NCBI GenBank assembly: GCA_964304625.1
Contig: OZ199838.1
Location: 10,235,617 to 10,299,616 of the forward strand
From: Kudoa neothunni
Taxonomy: Eukaryota; Animalia; Cnidaria
Direction: 5' to 3'
DNA length: 64,000 nt
Positions within the stretch are counted from its first letter, which is position 1. Every line of letters starts with the position of its first letter. The notes beneath the pieces were generated by a model. That model saw only the letters and a program-made list of their open reading frames with translations, searched no databases and was not told the origin of the DNA. Both the position numbers and the translations under genes were made by a program. Positions 24,678 to 38,652 of the stretch are shown here, piece by piece.

Positions 24678-27329
24678 TGAGTGTTCTTAGAGTGGTACCT
24701 CGCTATATTACAATTTATAGGTTTCGTTTATAGCCTTGTGTCTTAATCCCTAAAGCTGTATTTAGCATAATAATCTGCCATATTAGCAACCAAAATGTGG
24801 ATTTGACTGCAGTTTAAGAACAATAATTGGAATATATTTAACTTGAGGAGAGTTACTGTTCCATTATTGTGAACAAAAATCAAAATATTAAAATTTATTT
24901 ATGTAAAACATACAAGAAACTCTAAAAATAGATTGTTTGAATTCACACGATTTGTGTTTTGCTGTAAATGAAAGCTTTTTAACGCCAACCAACGTAGGCC
25001 GTATCAAAATAATAAAATTATCTAAATATTATTGAGATATATTCAGTCGTATATCTTACATAATATTAACTTTATATTCCGGAGATGAAATTATGTCCTT
25101 ATTCTCATTTTTGCAGTGTGTCAGAATCATCATAGTATAAGTTCAATAAAAAGGGGATTTACACTCTGCTAGCAAATAAACAGATCATTAAATAAAAGGG
25201 AACCTCGATTAGCAGGAATTTGATTTGTAGCGAGATAGGGTTTCTATTATTCGGGGTTTACGATAGAGAGACTACTAACCAATTATACTCAAATCATTAT
25301 TTCTATATAATCATTGTAGCTCCATAATAGGTTAAAGTGAAGAAGACACCAACGGGGGCGATCAAACATTAATTTTTATCCTGAAAATCAATTAATTATA
25401 ATTGCCATTATTGGAAAGCTGGGCGGCAATGTAACATCACTGGATATCATTCACATGTCTCGATGTAAAGACCTTACATCAATGGCTTTAATCGCTAATA
25501 AAAGTGACAAAAAATTATAATATCTGTGCGCATTAATATGAAAAATTAAATTAGTGAGTGTAATGTCAAAATCTGTGTTTCCCTACACGGGATGTGAGAG
25601 ACTAGTACTGGGGGTGAGGGAGTCATTCTAGAATAAATTTAAAAATTAATCTTAATATATTCATTTCGTAATTTTCGTGAATCTCCGTTTATATCATCTA
25701 AGGACGTCATGCGTGTAATAATATTATTGGTTGTTTTGTCATCAATTTGTTTCTGTTCAAAAGATGAGATATGAAAAAATTTAAAACTTTTAATTTGTTT
25801 TACTTAATTCTACGAAATGGGACAGTAAAACAATAGTTTATATGAAGCCTATTCAACCTATAAAGTCTATCACTCGCTATTTTCATGTAAAATCGTAACT
25901 GCGTTGTTTTTTAAAGTAACAAATTTTTATGCTTATGTTGTAATTAAGTTGTCGGCATTTTTATCTGTTTAGAAATAATCTGGATCCTTAAAACGAGAAC
26001 TACAATGAGATTTAAACTTTTTTCCGTCTAAATTTAAGACCCATCATTTATTTGTATATCCTTTATTATGTTACATTTGAAGTTTTATGCTCGAATTTGT
26101 ACCAGGCCTCTGATATGAGTTTTGACTAAATTGTCTTTAAAAATTTTGGTACAACAAAAATCAGAGCATTCATTTATACACTTAAATAAATGAATGTCAA
26201 TTCTAATAGAATAAGTAGTTATTTTTATACAGGTACATTAAGAAGGCATCTGTTTTGAATTTTCTTAAACCCATCGCCACAATGCTTAAATAACATGACT
26301 CAAAATAGAATAAGGAATTCGCTACGTTTTTCCACACAAGATGGTATATGAGGCAGGCTTCTCGATTTTATCGTATACAAATAAAATGTATTGGGATTTC
26401 TTGAACCCTCAAACAATTTACAAGTATCATTTCCCAACAATATTCCATGCTTTGAATTACTTATCAAAAACCGGCGAGAGCGAGAAAGCCGTCGAATCAA
26501 TTAAACGTTAAATAACATTTTTTTTTAAATGGTGAGTTTTTTGTGAATTATATGGATTGGCTATAATTATTTGGCATATCTAAATTGCTCCTTTAATTAC
26601 AGAATTTAATCAAGCCATTATAATTTTTATTAGTATAATCTAGTATTACTTTTTATAAGTTTTTTGTTTCTAGTATTTTGGAATAAACATAATAACATTT
26701 TTTAGTTAGAATCGTTTATTACTTTACATAAAAATGATATATTCAAGAAAGAATAAATAATAGCTACAATCGTTGAGTGTTAAGTCACGGGACAGGAAAA
26801 GATATATTTTCTATTTCAATAATGCGTAGAAAATTGAGTTGATCAAACAAATTTTATTTCAATTGATGCATTTTAAAAATAATAAAAAGCATAATTTTAA
26901 AACGGTTTCGTATAGTTATTATTATTTTTGCATTTAAATAATAGTTAAAATTAAGCCTCGACTTTCACATGGAGGAGGGAGTGCGAAATGAGCGGGGAAA
27001 TTAGCATGGAGTACGAGTGTAAAATTTGTAGGGAACCATTGGTCTAAATGATTATACTTAAAATCTCGTAGGGTTTTCTCAACATTTTGTTAACAAAACT
27101 TGTCATTATTGAAAGCACCTAGAATTGGAACCAAACAATCGGTTTTAAATTGAAATACAATTAAGCAAAGTTTTTTCTTCCTACCATTTTATGTGTATAT
27201 TTTCAATAAATTATAAGAAAGATAAGGATAAAAAATAAATTTTGACATTAAAAATATAGCATTAACATAATACAACAACAGAATGATATTGTAGAGCGGA
27301 ATTAACTAATAACTAAAAATTTGACGAAA

Positions 27330-28500
27330 CAACTTTCCGTACAATTTCTTCACCTCATAATCTTTTATTTGCATCTTAGATTTATGGGGGATAATTTTGG
27401 TACAGGTCTTCAAAGGTATAACCAGTGTAGCTTAATAACTTTTCAACCAGGTTGGAAATTGGTAGAATAATCCTTGGGTCCATATAATGAGGAATTTTAA
27501 TCGATTATTCCAATTTTCGTTTTCTTGGGTTATTTAAACCAAAATTACCTGATTCAATAAGAGTCTCATTTTCTTCTATTGAATTAAGTTCGGCTAATTT
27601 TATGCTAAACAAGGCATCTTTCTCGTCAGAAATTAGTTCATCAATTCTATCCTCTTGAATTTTGAACAAACCGGTTTCAAAATTCTTTGAATGTATAATG
27701 TTCGTATTTTAACTCAGAAATCCATTAAACATTGGATATTCTTCAATAACTTCATCGAACAAATATCTCGCATCTGCTATGGTAGTATCAGCTCTATGCA
27801 AAGTCAAAGTTATTCGATGGAACTTTTTTAGATGGTTATACAACATAGAAATTTCTAAATTTCCCCTTGGAGTTAAAAGATAGTCCATCATACTCTTTTC
27901 GCGGGAAAAAGCGAGTTCAGCTATATAAAATTTTATCTTCTCTTATCAGCCAGCCATCTCAGCTATACTGAATAATCTATTTTCATTTTTAAGAAAAAGT
28001 CTCAAATTAGTAAATGGCCCCAATAATCCACAACATTTTAGATTTAGATCATTTTTTCTAACCTAATTTGTTATCATTTCTCTAAGACTTATGTCAAATA
28101 AAAAGGAAATACTAAAGATAATAATGGATAACTCTGAGAAACCATTCCTCATTGATATTTTATTTACACCATCCTCATCTAAACAAGCAAAGATATCACA
28201 ATATATAAAGAGATTTTAATTTAATGAAAATAACCCATTTTCTAAAAACTAGAATGTTTTTTTTTAATCTTAACGCCAGTGCATATGAAGTGCGTGTATC
28301 ACTGCTTACGCTTGCTGGGTGAATTTAGAGATACCGTATCTTGAATTATTTCATCTTTATACATGCCATTATAAATTAAATATGTATGTTTTTGATAGTA
28401 TAAAACAGACTTAGAAACCTCCAAAATACAATATGCAAGGAACGCAAATTTTTCCGTTCACGCATACGCTTGACCAAACTTTCTTCAACTGAAATCACAA
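27330..28500 (-). mobile_element. Degenerate hAT-like transposase remnant
   Basis: LHRADTTIADARYLFDEVIEEYP...IIHSKNFETGLFKIQ and a dimerisation-like PRIILPISNLVES (compare PTSN..ERLFS). Many stops. Boundaries approximate. Confidence 0.65.
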
Positions 28501-29119
28501 TATCTGAAAAGAAAATGTTGGTCGCTCATTTTTTATATTAATCAAAATTCGAGTTTTATATATAAGCTTATATATTTACATCAGAGATCAATTATTTTTT
28601 AATAAATAGTTTATTGATATGCAAACGCGCGCGGATTTTGCTATTGGACCAATCATGTTTACTAGGTCGTTCCTTTAGTTTTATTTCATTTAAAGAAATA
28701 TTAAAATTATATTATTAAATTTTATATAATGTATGGAATTATTTATGATTAATAGTAACTAATAATTAAATGCGTATATAAAATATATCTTGAGGATGTA
28801 AATAAGCTTAGGTGTATGTCCAACAAATTGACATAAAATATTGTAGAGTATAATTATCGATATTTCATGAATGCCGTACGTTGAAGTTGCACCTAATCTT
28901 CAAGATATGGTGTCTGGATAGTATGAACCAAAAATTATATGAAATATGTAATTATTTTCTACCTATATTACATTAGAAATGAAAATAATTTATCATAATT
29001 TTCCATAGGTTACTTTCAGGAATATTGAGTATTGAGCAACTTTACAACAAAAATTAGCTTAGCGGTTATGTAACGTTTAAAAGAAGAAAATCGAATAAGA
29101 TCGTAGATAGGTCTATATT

Positions 29120-29880
29120 TTTGATTACTGATCTAAATTTCCGTTATTTTGAAATCCATAGATTGTTCGAGAGAAATTTTTTTTGCCTTTTATTCTCTGA
29201 CATTTTGTATCGTTTGCAGTACCAATACTTGTGTGTTGGATTAACGCTAATGAACTGGCATTTAAAGTAACTCGATTCAAGACAAATGTCACAACTAATT
29301 GCTGAATCACCATTTGACAAATTTGTTTTTCAGATATTGCACCTATATCCAACAGTTGTTTTTTTGCTTTATAATCTGTTTAAGGTTGAATAGAGCATCT
29401 TTGTTAAAATAAGTGAATATCTTATCTAATTGAATTCTCGGATAAAGTATCCCATCAGTTACGTTATCCAACAAAACTTCCACGTCTTTTTCCTCAACTG
29501 TAACCTTTCTATTAATAACCTTAACAGCGAGATCTGTATTAACAAACCAACCAAGAATTTCTGAAAAGAATTATATCATTCCTGTTAATAATAGAACTGC
29601 TCAAAATATTTTTTTTCTCTGTTAAATTAAAAAACTATTTGATGTAATAAGGCGATATTTATGTTCCTATTAATGTGGTAAACGAGCCTTTAGGACAATC
29701 TTTGTGTTTCATTCTAATTGGAGAACTAATTCTGAAACAAACATAAACCAATAAATATCTTATGTGAAACCCGAGATCTTATTATTTATAACGATGTCGT
29801 CATTCATCTTTTAGAATATTATTATTCTCAACAACGTTAACATCAGCACTCTCATAACTTGCACTAGTATCCATTACGCA
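29120..29880 (-). pseudogene. Decayed coding remnant, possibly retrotransposon ORF1/gag-like
   Basis: Fragmented frames containing a degenerate zinc knuckle ISCDICLESSYFKCQF (C-x2-C-x4-[H>Y]-x4-[C>F]). Confidence 0.3.
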
Positions 29881-30123
29881 GATATTATCACGTTAAAGCA
29901 CCCACGCGCGTTGGAGTATTACAGACTCAAAATATATGTATAAATTGAATATTTGAAAATAAATATTAAAATTTAAACGCAAGTGTTACAAATAATTGTT
30001 TAATAACAGTTATTCGCGTGAAAATATTATTTTCATATAATCACATAATTTCAGATTTAATTGACATTATGTCCTTCAGATAAAAAAACGTATATCGTAT
30101 TTATAATGTTATTAAATGTTACT

Positions 30124-30165
30124 TTAACCCTTCCGGGATGAAGCGGGGTAGTTTGTGCACCCCAT
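30124..30165 (+). mobile_element. piggyBac-type left terminus
   Basis: TTAA|CCCTTCCGGG followed by the subterminal palindrome GGGGTAGTTTGTGCACCCC. Confidence 0.55.
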
Positions 30166-30601
30166 TGTATGTATTTGTTAAAATTTTCCTCATAAAATTT
30201 TAAAGAACCATATTTGGCTTTGCGTAATCTTCCAACATAATTAATGCTTCGTATATATTAGAAAATATTTTTTATATCCTTTAAATTAAACATAGATAAG
30301 GCATCTTTAAATTTGAAGTTATTTATTTTTGTGTTAATAATATTTTCTAATGCTTTTAAATAATATTTTTATTATAAAAAAATAATAACAAATATCCAAC
30401 AAGGTTTTAGAATATAAATAAAAGGCGACTGAGCCCAATAACAGTTAGTCCTTAATTGTCACCGACGGAGCCCCATGGATTATCGTATTAATATGAGATT
30501 GTCCAGAAAGTCGCGTGAATCACGTTTTAATCATTCAGGTTTGTAAGTGTATGCTGATTTGTGAAAAATTTTGCAAAAAATTAATATTTCTATAGAAAAA
30601 A

Positions 30602-31507
30602 TGGGTTAAAGTTCAGTCCCTCCCCCTTCGGCGTCCGCCGGTTACTCGCCATCGGTACTAATCGGGTCACGTTTCACAGCATATAAACCCAATAAAATCT
30701 AGTTTACTTTAGTTGGACGTAATTAAACAAAACATATCAATTAAAAAAATATAATATGTATTATTTTAAATGTTAACAAATTATAAAATAAGGTGTCAAT
30801 TTATGTGCAAAACAATATAATATGATAAAGTTAATATATGTTTTTATCATTAAATTTGAGAATTATCTATAAACGAATATTTTGGATAGTATTATAAATA
30901 TTATTGATTAATTATGGATTTTATTTGTTATTTTTTAAAAAATATATAAACTAAAACAACATGTTGACTCATGATATTTGTATCTTAATATAATTTTAAT
31001 AGTTTTTAGATTGATAAAAATCACATATCATGCCATTTCTTTTTTAATCGTATCCTAATAAGACTATGTTGATGTAAAATAATCTCTTTTAACTTAATTT
31101 TCGGAATATTTTGTTATTTTATACAAAAACTTTAATTATTTGATAAATATATATATATATATATAATCATTCTAAAAATAATAGGTTAACACTTACCACT
31201 AATTAAAATAAACTTAACAATGCCGTAATTTACTAAAGACATAATTATATAGATTTTTACAATAAAATAAAATCTACAAAATATAAATATGTTTAATTGT
31301 TCCTAGGAGAAAGTTTCATTGGACCTCCACAGGAACAAACAATTGATGTTGGTAGCAAGTCAAGTTGCTGGAAAAAAATAATTAAATTTTCATAATTGAA
31401 GATTGCAGGAAGCATACTCCGGAAAATGTAAACAGCCAGAACCCCGATTAGTACCGATGGCGGGTAACCGGCGGACGCCGAAAGGGGAGGAACTGAACTT
31501 TAACCCA
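30602..31507 (-). mobile_element. Non-autonomous TIR element, probably derived from Merlin (IS1595-like)
   Basis: About 65-bp GC-rich TIRs (GGGTTAAAGTTCAGT...CCATCGGTACTAATCGGG, few mismatches). Internal 40-aa mini-ORF from 31415, MLPAIFNYENLIIFFQQLDLLPTSIVCSCGGPMKL, resembles the Merlin transposase N-terminal Zn motif. No clear TSD. Confidence 0.75.
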
Positions 31508-33079
31508 CTACTACTTTATATATGTATCGATTTCTTTTAAATTTTAATGTGATGGGGAGCTTTATTCAATGATATGAACAGTTTAAACTAATAAACAAAA
31601 TATTTCGAAAAATGAGGGCACGGAACTTTTTTTCAAGAGAAAGTGGGGAGCGATGGAACAAAAGTTTGGAAACACTGCTATAGCAATTACTAATATGATT
31701 TATACACCTTGAATGTAAAATTGAAGTCATTATCCTCATCTGTTTTTTTCAAAGATTTACATTATATATTATTATCCCTCGAGAAGCTTCATCTTTATTC
31801 TTATATTCAGGATGTATTCTCTCTGTGTCCTTGGTTTGCAAAGTTAATGATTTTTATCCCATATTTTAATTGATAAAGCTAAATAATCATCTTAAAATTA
31901 TTATTAAAATTATCTGATAGTGTTTAGATTAATCGTAATGAATACATCACAAATTATTATATCAAGCTTTATGGTTGTGATAAATTTTCTAATCCTAATG
32001 TGATATCCCGACTGAATAAAATTCTAATACTGTAATTGAATATTGAAGTAAATCTTCAAATTAAAAACAAACATTTTTGGATACATGATTTATTCAAGCT
32101 AATAAGTTATAGCTTCACATATCAAAGTTTTCCTAGGGTAATTTCGTTTTAAAGCAATTTTGACTACAAAAATGAATGTCTTTAAATTATCATGAAATAG
32201 AATAAAACTAAAATTGCAGGAAATATATACGAATTTATTGAAAAATTTTCAAAGCATAGATCTTTTTGGGATCATTGACTTAAACCAAAGATTCTCAAAG
32301 TAGATTCCACTGGGCTACAATGAAAAGTAATAGTTAATCATAACATGAGAAATTGGAATTGATCGCGTCTTATGACGTTAGTGAATTTTCACCGATGGTT
32401 AGAGTTGGCAACATTGGTGATAGACGACTTTTATCGGTTACCTAGGTTCCAACGCACCTGCAGGAAGATTGTGCTGCTTTGCTTTTAACAAAATCATTTC
32501 ATCTATTCGACAAATTGTTTTGACTATTTGAAAACCCTACAATAGATCGATACTTGAAAAAAATAAGTACAATAACATATCCTAAAGAAGACAGAAATAG
32601 ATGAACTTAAAAATTAGGTATCCGCAAGTGTTAATTCTTAAAACACAGAATATGTGTCCAACTTACTGTGTGTTTAAATATAATATTTATTATATTTTAA
32701 TAAATAGTAGTGCATTAACGTTTGTTGAACAAACCTTAATGGGTTAATTTGGATAAGAGTTCCGTTATGTCACAAAAAAGGGAAAATAGTTCCAATGCAA
32801 AAAGAGTTTGAGAACCACTAATTTAAGCAATAACAATAAAGAAGGAAAAAAGGAAATTAGATGGGAATGAAACAACTTAAAAATAAGCACCACCTAAAAA
32901 GTCATCTGACACGTCAATTAAAATATCGTTGATATTCTCAATCAAAACAAAGATAATCTCGTATTTAAAATGCGATAAAAAGAATTTATATAATATCGGA
33001 CAATAAATGAATAAATTTATTCCACCGAATCAGTGTGTTATATATATAGCGAATGAACACAGGAATAGTCGAAAGAAGA

Positions 33080-34979
33080 TTATTTTCCAAGGGCTTCATT
33101 CTCCTCCGATACTTTTTCTACAATAAAATAATAGCTGGTTCTCTAATGATAAAAAAATTACGCTGGGCCCACTCCTGAAGTTCGCTTGAACCGAATATGA
33201 CAAACGGTAGTCCACAGATAATACACGAACTTGCAATGATTAAAAAAGTATGTCGCCAAGCAATTGCCACGTCCTACAAAATTGGCATATTATCTTTGGA
33301 ACATATTTAACAAAACTAACACCATGATTTAATGAATCATAAATAAACTGAACGATAAATCCAACTGTTGATGCAAAAGTATTGTTGATCCCCATAATTA
33401 TTCCTGAATACTGCGGCGCCATTTCTATGGCTGCAGTCAGAAATCCACTGCAATTGCAACCAAGAAAACACATAGCAGTAGTTATCAAAATGAGGGCGTA
33501 AAGAGAGGTATGGGTTGGCACATATCCAACTGGAAACAAAAACACACAAGATCCAACAAAAGCTAAGCCACTACTGAATCGTCTAAGTTTCGTCACATTG
33601 TATCCTCTTTTGGTACGAAGGTAATCCACCAAAATGGGATACGCTACAAGGATAACAAAATTTCCACAAAATGGGATGCAGGAAAAGTAGGCAGCCTATT
33701 GTATACGTAAAAATCATTGTAAATGATTAAAGTAGTAAAATGAGTTTAAGATTTGATACAATATTTATCTCAGAATTAGGTGAACTATTGGTTTATCAAA
33801 AATGAAAAATGTTATCCTGTAAAATAACAATAAAGACTATAACAATTACATTGTAGACGCTGAGGTGATACATCTTTCTTAGAATCCGTGGTAAACTGAC
33901 CAAAAATGTAAAAAATATTGACAAATGGCCGAAAAGAGCCAACGTTTGAATCCAAACCTGGTGACTTGTCAATATTTTTTTAAATGGTATTTTCTAAATC
34001 AATAAATACTGAATTAATCGAAAAAATTTACTACCTTAAAAGATTTCCATGAAGGTTCATGCTTTTCAGTGGTAGTGCCCTGTATAAATTGTTCCTCTGC
34101 GGTGCTAACCCAAGGATGATTTCGAGGCGAATCAGTTACCAATACAATCCACATTACAGTAGCCAAACCATTAAAGGCAGCTATATAAAACTATAATCTA
34201 CGTGATTATAATCAAATAATATACCGCTTATATACAAATATTCCTTCCACCCATTTTCAAACAGGGGCGAATCACAAATTAATCCACCAACCACATTACC
34301 AAAGGTGATACCGACAAGAATACCTGCAACAATCATCACGAAAATGCACAACACAACGAATTATACCGCTGTGTATGATACTATTCATGGTGCTTCTTTC
34401 ATTAATTGAAGTCCATGCCCCAACCAGCATGTTCTTACTGGGAAATAACGGTCCCTGTAATTAATCGGGATCATACGTCAGCGTATAGAAAATAGGGGAA
34501 AATAACAAAATATGCATAAATACCGATAAAAACCCCAGTATAGCTCTATCTATTGCTAATGGAATGAGTCCATATCTCTTAATCAGTGGACATATCATTA
34601 CCAGTAAACTACTGGCTATCAAACAAAAGGCCATGGTGCGTTTAGGCCCAAAGTAAGATGATACTAAGCCTCCAACAAATTGGCCAGCGGAATAGCCAAT
34701 GAAAAATGAAGCCAAAAGTCTACCTACAATAAATAAAAATATTAATAAATTTTTCGTGTAACCAGCAATTACTTTCAGATGTATCACTCCATCTATAGGT
34801 GTTTTCTGAGTCCTATACGCAGTATTCGCCAAAAAATTTGGAAACACATGTATTACATCGTTGGTAGTTGATTCCTTCGCAAATTTAAGGGCGGCCACAG
34901 AAATATTAACTCTGGTTTGAAATAATGCAACCATTATGAACCAGTTTGCAAAGATAACCACATATCGATAATTTTTCAT
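33080..34979 (-). CDS. SLC17 family (sialin/VGLUT-like) MFS anion transporter, copy B (tandem paralog)
   Basis: Same motifs and intron positions as copy A (TRVNISVA, LLASFFIGYSAGQ, DSPRNHPWVS, EMAPQYSG, FGSSELQEWA). ATG at 34979, TAA at 33080-33082. Confidence 0.92.
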
Positions 34980-36319
34980 AGCGTGATGATACGAGGATGG
35001 AGCAACAGATTCAAATCTAATATTGTGCGTGTAACGACAACAGTTGTAATCTTATTTACATGTAATCATCTTTAAAATATGCCACGAGTAAATAGGAAGT
35101 AAATTGTTGGGTGATTAGTTATTGGGTTGACTATTAAAAATTCCCTCTAATCTTAAGTGTACTAATTTGGGATTTTAGTAATTCTAATGTAGGATATTTC
35201 GAATGAACTAATTTAAATTGCAGTCGACGGTCAATAATAAAAAATACGACATTTCTCGATAATAATCTTATTATTGCCTATATTTATGCAAATCAATCAT
35301 AAGATTTTATAATCGTTCTGATGGATTTAAGTTTTTAGAGTTTTTCTAAAAAAGGGTCAATTTTCCCTTGTTCTATTATGTGATTGGCGAAAAACCCCAT
35401 ACAGTTAATGATCGATTTTACGCACTTTTTAAATCAATAAAATTTGTGTAGTTTAACGTACACTTGATATATATTTTTCATATTTATTAAAAAATTTGGC
35501 TTTATATAATATATTGAAGTTGAACAAATTCCTCAATATTAATCAACTGAACATATGGTTTTATGGATTAATTATGTGTTACGGCTGATAAACTTAAATA
35601 AGGTAACATAAAGGGTGAACAAAAATAAGTAACAATAAAATACATTTTCAGTATCCCCCTATGAGATGCCAAATTTGTTGCTGCTATAATGCACTAATAT
35701 TCGTTCTCCATACTAAACCCTAATAGCATCCTAGCAATTGAAGCTGGAATTTTTTAAAATGATTAAAATAACCATTTATTCGTCATAATTCTTTAATTTA
35801 TTAAGAGATAAAAAGATACAATTTTAACGAAAAACAATCGATCGATCATGCCCACGACTTTGAAGATATCTTTTTTATTAGTACGACAAATTTTTCTCGC
35901 CTAATAATAATTAATTGAATTCTAATTAAATATAATCATATTTCTGCTCAATTTATGCAATATAAACAAAAATAAATAGCGATGTATTTTAGTTTATGCG
36001 TACGTTAATAAGCCAGTAAAACCGGGCGTCACCAATTTTACACACTTATTTCTCTGTCCCTAGGAGATATTGTATAACCAGTGTTGTGACTAATACAAAA
36101 ACAACGCTACAATTAATACACACACAAATTTTCGGATATATTCGCATAAGAACGGTATTTCATACTGGCAAATTTATTTTTATCCTAGCAAAAAATTATC
36201 GCAACAACCGGTTAATTACTATATGATTTTTTGAATTTAACTCTGCTTTCTCTCGATAAATCTTTTCTTAATCATAAAAATTGTTTAAAATTATTTTTTT
36301 GAGTTTCTTTTGTAGAAAA

Positions 36320-36359
36320 GCGTGGGTCTAATAGATCCCAAAGACGCTCGGAAGGTTAA
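36320..36359 (+). mobile_element. piggyBac-type right terminus
   Basis: Subterminal palindrome GGGTCTAATAGATCCC, then CTCGGAAGG|TTAA. Confidence 0.55.
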
Positions 36360-38652
36360 GGAATACACATATTGTGTTAAAATAAGAGTAAAAATGATAA
36401 CTGAATGATAGGATTCTCTTTTTAATGATGCTTACTTATTCGTGGCATTTGTTGCAATGTATCACTAACAAATATGGGGGACAACAAATTATTAACAGTT
36501 CGATTTTTCACAAAATATTTATTTAAAAATATGAAATACTATAACAGTGACGACTATAATGATCTTTCTCCAAGTGCTCTAAATGCATTTCGATCCGCTC
36601 ACCGACTTCCAAATAAACAAGGAGCTGTATCTTCTTTCACGTATGTTGAATGATGGTCGTGGACGCAGATGGATTATAAAAACAGGATCATCAATTGAAA
36701 AAGTACATTCAATTTTGAGAAAAGAATTCATAAACATACCCACGCAGGGCACAAAGTTCATCTAAGAATGTTAATTACTTCTCAAAATAAAGTTAGAACG
36801 AATAATATAACAAATTTTAAAAAATGAAAATCTTGAACTTTACAAGTATAGGTATACCGCAATGCTCCCGATTCATTTTAACTTTAGGTTCCAAACCCCT
36901 TCCAAAAAAAATAATTCTACTAGAACACCTATAAACGAATGAACGCAGCCTACTTTAACGATAATATAAATGTAAATCAAATAAACACGATCGACAATAA
37001 ATTTAATGTTTTGAATTTGTTTCTTGTCTTTTTGGTCGGTAATTAATTCAAGATGAGGCTTTTGATTATATAAAGATATGCATGAATTATTATATAGAAA
37101 TAAACTGGATATTTAATATTTTGGTGCAAAATATCATATGTATATATTTGCGCGTGTGCAGCATTTATTTGTAGTTTTTTTTTTAATTATGAATTTAAAT
37201 TTCAATATTGAAAATAATCATGCGACCTAATATTAATTGTAAAATTTTAGGTAATTTATCTTAAAAATCTAAAAAATATTAAATATAATTTTTTAAATTT
37301 GAATCCGTTTAAAAACATTTTATAGTTTGTTTATCTCCTCTATTAAGATGTAAATATTTTTTAATTCTTCATATTAGAATACTAAAAAATTCAATTTAAT
37401 AATTTATTGGTGAACTACAAGAATTATAATTCGGTTTTATACACTAACGTATAAAATAGCAGATTATAAACGTAAAATAATTTACATTTAAATTCATCCA
37501 ATGAACACTCCTATCAGACATATTTCAGCTTCGATTGCGCATGAATCATATATGATTACTTTCGAGAGAGAATCGGATTACGTATAATCAGTACATTACG
37601 TACGAAGTATACTCGATCGCGCAATTTTTCCGTTAACTCAATGTATGAATCTCAGACCCCGAGTAACTCACCCTCGGATCCTCCCACCAATTTGGGAGGC
37701 TCTGCCATATCAGTTTATTGTTATGAAAGCTTAAAGAACGTTACTTGAAATTAAGTATTCACAATATATTTATATGAGTAAATAGACTAAAATAATAATT
37801 CTGCTACTAAATTTAATTTACGTTCATACCTTAATTTGATAGAATAATGCGGGGGTTCTCGACCATTTCTTCAAATTTACCCGCATAACTTGGATGTCAA
37901 ATTCATATTTACCTTGTGGTTTTGTGTTGATGAAGCTAAGACAGGTTATTTGCACGATAAATTCCAATCATCGAAGGTATGAACGCCCGTGTTATGACAA
38001 TTTTTAATCCCGGAAACTCTTATTCACAAGCTGTTTATTGATTTAATTTTTTATATTTTTCTAGTTAAAATTATTTTTCACAAAGTTTTCTGCGCGTAGT
38101 GGCTCGAAATGATTAAAAATAGTCAAAATTGGTGACACTTAAATATTATTTATCACACAGATTGCGACTTTAGTATTATTAGTAGGTTGCATCACTAAAG
38201 AATAAACGAGACATAAAAGAAAGAGACTGTTTATAGTTTTATAAACATTTTAAGAATATCTACCAACATATTATTGAGTTTAGTAGACCTGAATAATAGA
38301 ATTTCCCTATCCAATTTTGATGTTACGTAATTTACCCCTGGGATAATGTATTTAAATCAATTAATTGTGTAAAAATACAGAAGTTAGCGCAAAACTATAA
38401 ATATTTAGTTTGGTTTGATGCCAAGTAACATCAATATGTTATCTAAAATAGAGAGGCGCTTTGTCATATTTAAATGTAACAATTCGATTCGCTCGAAACA
38501 ATTTCCACAATTCCACACCAAGTAGATAACCTTGAATAATAAGTAACGCTAAAGTCACGATAAAACGCTATTGCAATGAATTAATCACGATTTATCTGCA
38601 CAAGCAGAGCATTGGTTTTCAAATTGTTGAACCGTGTTTCTGTCGCGTAATC

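Noticed and set aside
36579-36765. Overlapping 60-aa ORFs on both strands
   Set aside because: No motif or splice context. Probably decayed transposon sequence or chance.
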